64,000 bases of DNA from assembly GCF_037042905.1 (NCBI RefSeq), contig NC_087250.1:18664001-18728000 (forward strand), in the 5' to 3' direction. This document shows positions 39,201-51,200 of the stretch, piece by piece. The notes under the pieces are model-generated. The model ran no database searches. It worked only from the letters and a program-made list of their open reading frames with translations, and had not been told where the DNA came from. How positions within the stretch are numbered: position 1 is the first letter of the stretch; the number at the start of each line of letters is the position of its first letter. The position numbers were made by a program, and so were the translations under genes. The stretch is from Lytechinus pictus. Its lineage: Eukaryota.

Positions 39201-42200
39201 AGGAGAGATTTCAACAAGCAAACAATAAACCAAAACAACATTTATTTAACCATATCCGTCACAGACCAAACAAATATAAAATATCAACAAGGGTGGATGA
39301 AACATGGAAATCTGAGGACAACCATTATACATATTCACAGACACCCTCACACACACAGACACATTAACAACTATATGATGAATATATACAGGTATGTACA
39401 TAGTATATAGAAGAAAAGCAAATACAAGAGCAAATGACATTATAAATATACAACGAGACACAAGTTAGAAAAAAAAGCGGGAAGAAAAGAATGATAAAAG
39501 AAACTAAGAAAATAAGTGGAAATCAGAAAAAGGGTGAAGTAATTTTCAAGTTACAGTTAAAAGGTAAACCCCTGAGAGAGGTAACAGTGGAAATAAAGTT
39601 AAACACAAAAGTTGGAAGTTATAAAGAAGAGACTTGTTGCAGTGATGAGAAGGACCTCTTAACTTGGATTCCCTCTTGGTTGGTCTTGAGGGCAGCCATG
39701 ACTCTCCCATCAGTTGACCAAGCCGCTTCGACTTTTGGATGGGAGGACAATTTCATGAGAATTTGATGATTTAACTTTGTTAGGTCCTCCTGGATGGAGA
39801 TACCTGACCCCTTCAATTTACGGCGATCCTTCATCAGTGCAGCCTTCACTCGATGGGAGCAGAGCTTGACCAGGATAGGCCGAGGCTTTCTGTCAGAGCG
39901 GGGCTTTCCCGATCGATGTGATCTCTCGATGTCAGCCTTGCTTATTGGGCAGCCAAGGCGATCTGTCGCTACCTTCATCACCAGGTTGTCCGTAGACTCT
40001 GTTGATGACTCTGGCACACCAAACACCCGAACAGAGTTCCTCCTACTATACTGCTCTAGCTCGTTGCTCTTACCCTCGTAAGCCTCTACTCTGCTTTCCA
40101 GCTTCTTCATGGAAGTGGTGATTGAGTGGATCTCAGCCTCCTTTTTATTCAATGCTACTTGTAGATCATGGATTTCACCTTCCTGCCTCTCTATCCTCTC
40201 CTCAAACTCTCGCTGGCGCTTTGAGAGAACTTTCTCAATGCTCCTCTCCAACGCGGACACAAAATCATCTTCACAAAATATTTTTTTAATGATATCGTGG
40301 ACATCAGAAAAGTCTGAAGCAAGACTACTTCCAGCAGAAGAACCTTGACGTGTTGACGGCATGATGTTGCTGAAGACCACAGTGAAGGAGAGAGAAGGGA
40401 AGAATGTAAGCTCCGTGGATGAAGACAAAGAGGTGGAATAATTGAAAGTGAAAGTACACTTTGTCACATGTTACTCACAGATAGTAGTATATGTGGGACC
40501 ACAATTTCCACACATACAGGTCAAAGACAATCTGCTCATTCAAGAGAAGGTGAAGATTCAATGATTTGGCGAGATCCTTCACATAAAATTAAATCCACAT
40601 GTCTCCCAGAGGTTTATATGTAATGTTCAACTCAACTACATGGCATTCAGAGTATCAGATCAAGTCCAATTAAGACAAAAGTTAACACACTCGCATGGAC
40701 CTTTCCTCTCCTCTTTTCCTCAATTACAATCATCATTTCTTTCCTAGTGTCTGTTCCATAAAGATCGTTATTGATAGGACCCCCCCCCCCAAGAAATCTT
40801 AGACAAGTTAGCCAATGTGACCCCAAAATGCCCCAATATTAAATAAATATGACTCTTAGAACTTAACGTAATCACAAGGAGGATACCACTTAAATGCCAT
40901 GAGGTAAACATAAAATGATAGAAACTTGCAATATAATCATACTGTTGTCCGTATGTTTTATCGTCACATTTGTCGTTTAAGGACAGTGGTATAAGATTTC
41001 CTCGTCTTTTGATTACACACACATGCAGGCATGCTCACGTGGATTGGACGAGATTAATCTTATTTGTTTATTCATCTATGTTTACAAATCTAAGTGTAAT
41101 CATATAATGTTATTTTGCCACAGGAGTTTCGTTATCGTAGACCGCACTTCAACCATAGATATCCACACCCTTGACCATTCTTTTAACATAATAACGACTA
41201 GGGAAGCGTCTACGCTTGCCTCGGCCAGGAGTGTTGCATTGGACAGGAAAGGTGATCAAGTTTGGAATATTCAATATTTCTACCTCTTTCATCTACACTG
41301 TCTCCCAGTGCTTCCACTCTTCCTGGAATCCAGGAAATTTCAGGAAGTTTTGCTATTTTCCAGGATCATTCCAGGAAGTGAGAAATTCCAGGAAGTATAT
41401 CATTTTTTAGAATTATCTGAATATTATGTCAAAATATATCACAAAATTGAATCATTTTAATTAAAATGTCTAAATTTTTGCTCGCTCGCTCGCAACTCTT
41501 TATAAACTTTGCCCGTTACGTCATGTTTCGCCCCCTCAAAATTTTTGGTTTAATTACGGCACTGGGCCCTACATTTCATTTTTTGTGTGTGTGCAGAAGA
41601 GAATTATAACTTATGGAAGACTAAAGAACCGTTCAGAAAATTCCAAGAACTTTCAGAGTAAATTCTAGGAAGTTCCGTTTTGAAAAGTGGAAGCACTGCT
41701 GTCTCCCCTCTTTTTCTTTTATTCTCTCTCCCCCTCTCTCTCTGGTTTATGTGTATTCATATGTGTGTATGTGTGTGTTTTGTTACATATGTATTTTTAA
41801 TATATAATATGTATTATAATGTTAACTTGAAATGTATTGTGTGTGTTGGGACTCTGCTTACAAGCACTTTGCCTTTTAAGGGTATCCCTCCATTTTTAAA
41901 CAACATGTATTTGTATTTCATGTCAGATTTTATATGCTTATTTTTAAAGATGGTGAATAAATTGAAATTAAATTAAAAATTATAAATGCAATTAACTGAA
42001 CAGAACTATATTGTTGAAACTCTAAACGAAATGGAAAAAAATGAATGTTTCAATTCCAATTGATTACACTCGCTTTACATGCACAGAATGGGCTTCACAT
42101 TAGGGTATGCTGTAAAAAAATGTCTGCAGCTTTCTGGCAACCTATCACCAACTTTGTAAAATGATTGGAACATATGCCCTTTTAAAGGATAATACATTAC

Positions 42201-45200
42201 AGAAAGAGGGCGCTAGATATCGTCTTAAATCTCCGAATGTGATATCATTTAAAATATAATTGAAAAAAAATAATGAGGAGATGCCATTGCCGAGTGGTCC
42301 AATTGGCGTCAGACAACACTCATGAAAGTCCTGGGTTCGACTCCCAGCACTCCATATCCCAGAGCAAGGCATCATATCTAAATGGCTCTTTATATCTTGA
42401 ATAAAACAAATGAAAATGCTCTGTTCTCGTAAGAATGTGTGCTGAACAAAATCGACGGAGTATATATAACAGACTACGCATTCGTAAAATTTGAATGTTA
42501 GATAATACTCGATTGTATAAAATGCATAAAATTGTTCTCTTTAAAGCTTTAGGCGGCATTAATATCTTATTCATTATTTTACTGAAATCGACACCGACAG
42601 GAACGCGCCTTTATCTAATCGATGACCAAAAGCAAACGATTGAATCCTTCGGTCCAGAAGGAGAAGACCACGTGACCGTCTTTAGAACAGAAGGGACATC
42701 CCCTATTGATATCACATGGTACAGGGGGACTCCCTTATGGACAGAGGCGACACAAACAAGGGGTCTTATTCTTCTCGATGGAAACAGAGATGTATCACCT
42801 GCGTCAACCAACCTCATTCATTTTCAAGTTCCCGCAGGAATTCATACTTATCATGGTAAGATATGACAAGCATTATTATGGATTATGCAACTCCTTCTTA
42901 GGCTGCCCCCCACCTGAGCACCCTGAGCCACGCAATGTAAAAGATCTGGAGTCTTTCAACACCAAAGCCAGATATTGTACCCTTCGCTGGACAGGACTTG
43001 TGTGTGTGTGTATGTGTGGTAACCCGATAGAAAATAATGTGTTTCGAATTTGGCATGTATATTACATGTTAGATGTTTAAAGCCTCTTCCATCCAATGTT
43101 TGTACAACCTTTCATTAATGCTTCTAATAACTCATCTTAGGCATACTGAGTAAATGGGATAATATTTTCGTTTATTAATTAATTCATTTATTTCTACCTT
43201 TCTTGAGTTGTTTATAAGTTCATAGACTTATTTTTCAATTCAATCGTTATATAATCCATACAATTATTTTGTAAGGTTTATTCAAATTCCCTATAATCTC
43301 TTTAGGTTTGTGTGTCAGTAAGTATCATTTTAATTTTTGTCTTTGTCCGTTGAAAATTGAAGTTAACGGAAAGTACAGTGCTGATTTATAACAGTTCATG
43401 TAGTGAATAGGCGACTTCTTTAAACATTTTCTTACCTCCTCTGCTCCTTCCTTGCTGAAAAATATTCGTGATGATTATGAATGTTTCAGGTCAGTCGTAT
43501 TCGAAAGCACTGTATGGAAGATGTCTAGAAGACGAGTATTCCTGCGAAGATCTTTGTCTTCCTCTATCGTGGCAGTGTGATGGCCTTTCTGACTGCCCAG
43601 ATCAGAGCGATGAACTCAACTGCGAACCAACAGAAGATGCAGGTATGTTCTTAGAAAGGACGAAGCGACTACTGTATACAATCAGAGGGCACAATCCTTT
43701 CTGTTTTTTTTCCAGGTTCGATTAAAAAGGGAAAAAGTGTTCTCACTTGATGACGCACTTTTAAAATAATGACGAGTCGGTAAAAGGTTACCACTTAAAA
43801 AGGGCATAATAAATGAATATACATAAATAAAGAGGCTTTCGGTTCATGTGACTCAATAATAAGCCTGAAATGCCTCGATCGCTATTACACCCTCTTGTGT
43901 CTATGGCGGAAGTACTGACGAACTCCCCCCCCCCCCCACACACACACACATGCGCCTCGGTCAAGTTTACTGTCCTGTGAAGTCTACAGTCTGTGTGGAC
44001 CACGCCAACAACCCACAACCAATGTAAAGCATTTAAAGACACGTTCAGTGCCCCGTCTTACAAAGAGATTTGATTGATCCGATTAACCAAAACTATGGAA
44101 AGCCAGCAACGCCAACATCTGAAATAGATGTTTGTTCAAGTTTTTTTTCTCGAGGTCTCACGCGCGTAAAACATTCCCCATAGACTTGTGTGTTAAAATG
44201 GCACTTAAGAAAAATTCATAAAAAATAAATGTGAAATTAGAGGGTCGAATGTTTACTACCTTTGGATAGGATATATATCTGACATTCCATATCTGACCAG
44301 AGAAGGGTATCGTAGCCAGCTCATTTTTAAAAATAAATCGCCATTTATGAAGATAACTATGATGGGATCAAATTCATCAACTGAAACAGTAAAATAGCCC
44401 CAATTCTTCCGCCAGTCAAAAAATAGTTCCAAATCATTGATATATCTTCCCAATTTGGGCAAAGGAAGTTCAGTAGTTACCATTTCTAGAATCAGTGTTA
44501 GATTTTGAATCATATTCATACACTTTTGTCAATCAGCAATATCAAATTTAAAAAATTCGAATGGGTTGGGTCGAACGAATATCTTTAGCCCTCCTGATGT
44601 AATTAGGCTCATGGCACCTAGACATGTTTATTTATACATATACAATGTCTTGACAACTCGATGTGCTCCTGTTTGTCAGTTACGAAAAGACATTGTGTAG
44701 TTTCCTGTAGGATAAAAATTATGACAACGATGGATTTCCATATAATCGAAGTTGATTGGGTCAATCACAACTCTTTGTAAGACGGGACCATGAAATCAAC
44801 CACAACTATGGATAGCCAGCAACGCCAACATGTAAAATACATGTGTGTTCAAAATGCGTTCTAAATTTTATGCATTAATCACCGTACTCCTCTTTGTCAG
44901 TTACGAAAAGATATCCCGTAGGAAAGATTATGACAATGATGGATTTCCATATAGTTGAGGTTGATTGGATCAATCACATAACATTTGTAAGACGGGATCC
45001 TGAAGTATCAAGGACATGTATATTGATAAATGAAAAATATCATTGTAATTGTTATCTCCTCTGCAGGTCCTCTGATGTTTCTAACAAGTCTTAGCGGAGG
45101 ATCCATCTATGTTTCACACGCAAATACCCTCGACTTCAGAAAGCTGCCTTTGCTCTTTGTAGAAAGTCCAGTTGCAGTGGGTTATGACGTAATTGGCCAG

Positions 45201-48200
45201 GACGTTTATTGGACAGATGTGGAGCGGAAGGTTTTGAGTGCAGCCCAAATGGACGGGTCTAATCAAAGAATAGTCGCACAAGGACTAGGAGGTTCGTTGT
45301 CCAGCTCTAAAGGGTTGTCATACCTGGGCCCCATTCACAACAAATACTGTTAAAGTAACTTTGCCATCCAAAGGTAGTTGCCTTGAAATCATTGATGCTG
45401 ATTGGCTGTTGAGCAATGTAACCATGACAGTTACCATTGAATGGTAAGTTACTATATAATTGATATGCAATGGGGCCCAGGTATGCCGACGTACATAAGG
45501 GCAAGCCGTTTGGCCATACGCTCAAATCTGTTGATATCAATTGTATTCGTGATGTATCAACAATCCGATGTCTTGTTGTGACGCAATGGAGACGGACACT
45601 TTCCCTGCTCCTTCCCATCTTACTCCTATAGTGAGCGGACCCCCACCCCCGGTCCTGTACTATTCAACGAATGAACGCCACTGGTCTTAATAACCAAAAT
45701 ACAAGGAGAGAATCAATCTTATCAGAAAAAATAAAATTAGAGGAGCACTTTAAACCTTGTTTCATCAAAATCGGTTATAGAATAAGAAAGTTATGGAAGT
45801 TTTAAAAGTCTTGTTGTACTTTCTATGGGGATCCTCAAATTGGCAAACATGCTCCAAAATGGCTGATTTTGTAGACAACTCTCCATTTGCTTTGTACACC
45901 AATTTTCAGAGTTTCCCCTTTATTTTACATATTTCACATTATCGCTTCCTGACCTAGACATATGTGGTGCGAATTATAATTTCCCATGACATATGTTACG
46001 CTCAGAAGGAGGCAAGATGCAATTTGAAAGATAGTGGGGAAAATTTGAAAATTTGTGTACAAAACATATGAAGAGTTGTCCACAAATCTGTCATTATGAA
46101 GCATGTTGGCCGATTTGGGATCTCCATAGAAAGTACCACAAAACTTTTTTAATGTCCATAACTTGTTTATTTCATAACCGATTTTGATGAAACTTGTTTT
46201 AAATTGTTCCTCTCGTTTCAATCTTTTCAATAATTTAATAAACCTGCTTAGCTTCTTGGGATTTGGTTTCCCTTAATATTCAACTTGCATATTGTGTAAA
46301 ATTCTTTCGAATCAATCGCGAGAGTGGTTTACGGTACACTATGTGTGAAGTCGTAAAAAGGATTAAGAGAAGTGGATAGAGGTAGGAGTGAAATGGGGAG
46401 GCAAGACAGTAGAGGTTAGACAGTAAAGTATCTTTCGGTAATGAGTGTAGTTTATAAAAGGACTGTAAACCAGAAAAAAAGGGGGGGGGGAGCTTAAGCT
46501 GTAGGCAGAGCCTGAGGCAGGATGAGAGATCTGAGTAGAAGGCCGGTTTGAGTTGGAGAGGAGAGAAAAGCTTGTCGAGTAGGCGGGTGGGGTTGTAGAG
46601 CAGGAGTAGGAGAAAAGACTCGACGTATCGGGCAGGTTGACTCTCTGTCTTCATTCGAATCCTGTATTTTTTCAGTTCCTGATGGCTTATTTGTCGACAG
46701 CGAAAACAGGTTGATTTTCTGGACGGATGCGGAATTGAAGACCATCGAAACGATCGAGTTTGACGGATCCAACCAGAGAGTATTGATCAACGATCTGGAC
46801 ATGCCGAGGGCTATCATAGTTGTTCCGACCAATGACAAGCTTTATTGGACCGACTGGGGTACCACACCCGATATCGAGATGTCCAATCGGGACGGGTCGG
46901 ATCGTCAGGTGATCATTGATACGGAGCTCGGATGGCCTAATGGCATCACGTATGACAGTAAAGGTATATATCCAGTAACCATTTCAATGTATGTTTTTGA
47001 TAAACTGCCACTGATTTAATTTCCTTTAACAATCCCACTGATCTCTAGCTCAGTGAACTTCATTATACATTCAGTCTTCACTTTGGGCCACTTAAGGCTT
47101 ACTGTTAAAAAACATTCCGATTCACGCCCTTCTTTTCATTTCCTACCCAACCAGGAAATCGTTTGATTTGGTGTGACGCTCTTCTCGACAAGATTGAAAC
47201 GAGCGCCCTCGACGGCAGTCTGAGGAAGACCCTCCTTGATGTCACACACGGTGTCCTACATCCATTTGGTGTTGTGGTCTATGAGGGGACATTGGTGTGG
47301 AGTGACTGGATCCTGCAAGGTGTCGGGGTAATGGAGGGTCAGAACCATACCTGGCCATCTCTTTACACGAGAATTGGCATTATCGAACAACCAAGTGGCT
47401 TCTGCATCGTAGGTGAGTAACATCACGGTAAATCAATGAGCATATCTGTAGATCGAAGGGGGGGGGGGGGAGGAGAGGTGGTCCAATAACTTTAGCAAAA
47501 TAAAGTCTCTATTTGAGTTCAGTTATAGGTTACGTCATTCCTCTTCTCATTCCTTCATTCATTCTTCTTCTACTTATTCTTTTTTCTTCTTCACATTGTT
47601 CTTCTCCTCCACTTCTTCTTCTTTTTTTTTCCACTTCTTTTATTTTTCATTAATTTCTTCTTCTTTTCCTTCATCACCTTCTTCTTCTTCTTCAGCTTCT
47701 TTTGCTTCTTTTTCATTCTTCTTCTTCCTCTTTTTCTCCTTATAAAGACCATTTCGGAGTTAGCTCATGGGCAATTTTGGTCGAATGACCATTCGTTTCT
47801 TTCATTATGACAGGCAGATTTCAAAGCAAGGTATTATGCAAGACCAGGTGACTAAAATAGCAACAATGAACACTCTATGAAGATATTTGTTGCATTTCTA
47901 CTATGAATGCATTAGCATGTAGCATGTTGTTATATTAATGTACTTGGCTATTTGTAAAATACCGGTCGCTAATGGACGCATTGCTGTTTTTTGTGGATCT
48001 ATTGAAAAACCAAATTCCAAAGAATTTATGAATAATCAAGACATCAAAGTTGGTGCTTATCTCATTAAATATTAATCCGCAATGTCACTTTTCTGCGCAT
48101 GATCAGAAGGTCATTTGTACTAAATTAGTACAAATGACCTTCTGATCATGCGCAGAATGGAACTAATTCTAATTCTTCCACTGTGAGTGTTACCTAAACT

Positions 48201-51200
48201 TGTTAACTAGCTAGTATCTCTATGCCTCTTTGTGTAAACGCACTGTTTTTCTGTGTGCATGATATTATGTGGAAAATGTTTACAGCATGGTTAAATCGAA
48301 AAAGATAAATAGAATATAATGAAGGAAATTGACATTTAACAGCATTAAACAATACTATACTAAATAAAGGAATATTATACATACCAAATAGTAACATTAT
48401 TGTGTGAATTGTTGTATCCTTTAGTTGACGCCTGCTCTGCCGGGCCTTGCAAATTTGGAACTTGTCACCCGTTTAAGGTGTCTAATTATGAATGCCATTG
48501 TATGACTGGCTATATTGGCAAAAACTGTGATACAAGTATTTTCGATTGCATATAAAAGTTTTAAAATACAGTCACCAAACAAGAAGGAAATAAGACAATA
48601 GGGTGAAAATAATAAAAGTGATGAATATAATATAAATAGTAATAATGATAATAATAATGCAAAATAGTAATGATAACTAAAATAATGATGACGATAATAT
48701 TAATAATGATGATAATCATAATAACAATACTGATAACAACAACAATAGTAATAATGATAATGATCATAATAATGATAATAATAATAATATAATAATAATC
48801 AGAATGAAAATAAGAAGAAGTAGACAAGAAGAAGAAAAAAACAGCAGCAGACGAATGAAAATAAAACATGTAAAAGCGGAAGAAACGGAAGAAGTGGAGA
48901 AGCAAAAGAAAGTATACTTATGAGAAGGAAGAGGAGAAGGCAGCGAGAAGAAGGTGAAAAGAGAAAAGGAAATGACATACAGACGTCAACTTGTCTCATT
49001 TTACAGAAGTGACATGCGACTCACCGACTGGACTCTCATCAGACACTTATATTGCTGATCCAAAAGATAGCTACAGTCCCGGTGAGAATGTCGTCATCGT
49101 ATGCAATAGCAGCACGACCAACGAGACTGTACAAACAACTTGGACGTGCAATGGGACAACTGGAGAATGGGATATCAGCGAAGATCTTAAGTGTCCAGGT
49201 AAAAAAAAAGGGTTACGGTTGTGCACCGACTCGTCCCGTTCACAGAAAAAACGTTATGTTGTAGAAATAAAGTGGTGAAAAACATACATAATAGTGAACA
49301 AAAAGAAGAAGACGACGAAGAAGAAATAGAAGGAGGAGGAGGGGAAGGAGGAGGGGAAGGAGAAGGTGAAGAAGAAGAAGAAGGAGAAGAAGAAGGAGAA
49401 GAAAAAGATGATGAAGAAGAAGAATAAGAAGGGGAATAGGAATAAGACGAAGAAAAAGAAAAAAGAAGAAAGGGAAGAATGATTGTGTATCTATCACAAG
49501 AAGAAAAAGAAGAAATAGAAGGAGGAGGAGGAGTGGGAAAAGAAGAAGACAAAGAAAAGGCCAAAGAAATGGATATTGTTAAATAACGCGATTAAAATGC
49601 ATATCAATATTAACAATACATCAGTTATATCATTCATTTGATCACGTTTCCTCCGACAATACCATGCGCAAACAATGAAAGCTGCGTAAACATTAATCAT
49701 TTATCTTAATTTTTTTTAAAAAGAATTATCAACGAGTTCAATAGCTTTGACTCTCGAGATATTTGCCGCATTGGCCGCCCTGGTATTGGTGGCTGTCGTC
49801 ATTTTCGGGATTTGCACGTAAGAAATTTTTAAGAATTACTCTAGTTTAGTCATGGTTTACTTGTGATCCTGAGAAGGGGGCGGGGGTAGAGTAGCCCCAA
49901 CGTCATCATGATATTTGTCTCGCCTGCATAGCAGAGCGAGACTATAGGCGCCGCTTTTCCGACGGCGACGGCGTCAACATCAAATCTTAACCTACGGTTA
50001 AGTTTTTGAAAAGACAGCATAACTTAGAAAGAATACGGACCTAGCTGTTCATGAAACTTTTAGGTAAAATTAATCAAGTATTACTGTACCCCCTGCTTTG
50101 TTTTTAGGTCACATGACCAAGACCAAATGTAATTTAGGGTCAATTAACTTACACCATGTTGGGGGAATCAATATCGAAAACTTATCTAAGGTTAAGCTTT
50201 TGAAATATCATCACAACTTAGAAAGTATATAAGCCTACTTCACGAAACTTACACATAAGGGTAATGAAGTATTACTAAGTATTCAACCCGAGTTTCAGAT
50301 CATATGACTTGGATCAAAGGTCATTTAGGGTTAATGAACAATTTTGAATGTAACTTTGAAAGTTTATGGATGTAGTTAAAAAAAAACTTCGACATATTAT
50401 AAAGAGTAATCAAGTATCACAGAACATCCTGTGCGAATTTTAGGTCACATGACCAAGGTCAATTATGGTCAATAATTTTTGGTCATGGTGGGGGTATTTG
50501 TTGAATTGTAATCATAACTTAGAAAGTTTACGGATCTGGTCCATGAAACATAGGCATAAAGGTAATCAAGTATGAATGATTGTTTGTTTTGCACACATCT
50601 TAGATCACATAATCATGGTCAAAGGTAATTTTGGGTCAATGGACAGTATTTTATTATGATATAAATGTTTTCTCTTGTGTATAATTATTCAGTAGCTATT
50701 TCAAAGTCAGCACTGCTTGCTTTATCGAATCGCGTAATGCAGGCGAGACTGCCAGAGGCGTCCCACTTTTTGTATTTGAGAATTTGATCCCCCTTTTGTC
50801 AAGAAAATTTTGTCCCTCCTGACATGGTTGAATCATTCAAGAAAGCAGTACGTCACCTCTTTACCATGAAATATTATTATTATTATTACTATTATCTTAT
50901 TTTTATTTTCATTGTTTTCAATACGATTATGATGATGATTATCATCATTATTATTATTACTATTCATTTTCTGCAGATGTATGACACAAAGGGATCAATC
51001 TCCAGTCAATAATAGAACTACACCGAAGCAAGTAGATGATCGCGGTCCTCTCCCTTGTGTTCCATCGGATATAAACGAAGATTATCACTATTACAGTGGA
51101 TTAACTAATCCTACCAGTGATCATGGGCACATATACATGACCAGTCTTGCAGATTACAATACACAACAGGACACCTTCGATTCACGATATAGCTACCTAA

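Larger units (their letters stand above)
35980..40700 (-). mobile_element. Apparently full-length CR1/L2-group non-LTR retrotransposon (LINE) in an intron of the LRP-like gene
   Basis: ORF1 plus uninterrupted APE-RT ORF2; 3' AATAAA followed by a (TTGAAC)n tail at 36007-35980. 5' boundary approximate. Confidence 0.93.

Noticed and set aside
36251..39241. RT as retron, DGR or group II intron system
   Set aside because: The N-terminal AP endonuclease, upstream ORF1 and microsatellite tail identify an ordinary non-LTR retrotransposon.
42280..42356. tRNA-like sequence (gccgagtggt...ggttcgactccc)
   Set aside because: Stems do not pair into a cloverleaf; likely a decayed SINE head or tRNA pseudogene, too weak to call.
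46676..47412. Assigning LRP4/LRP5/LRP6 gene symbol
   Set aside because: YWTD similarity alone is insufficient; the domain order, sushi domain and tail motifs do not match those genes.
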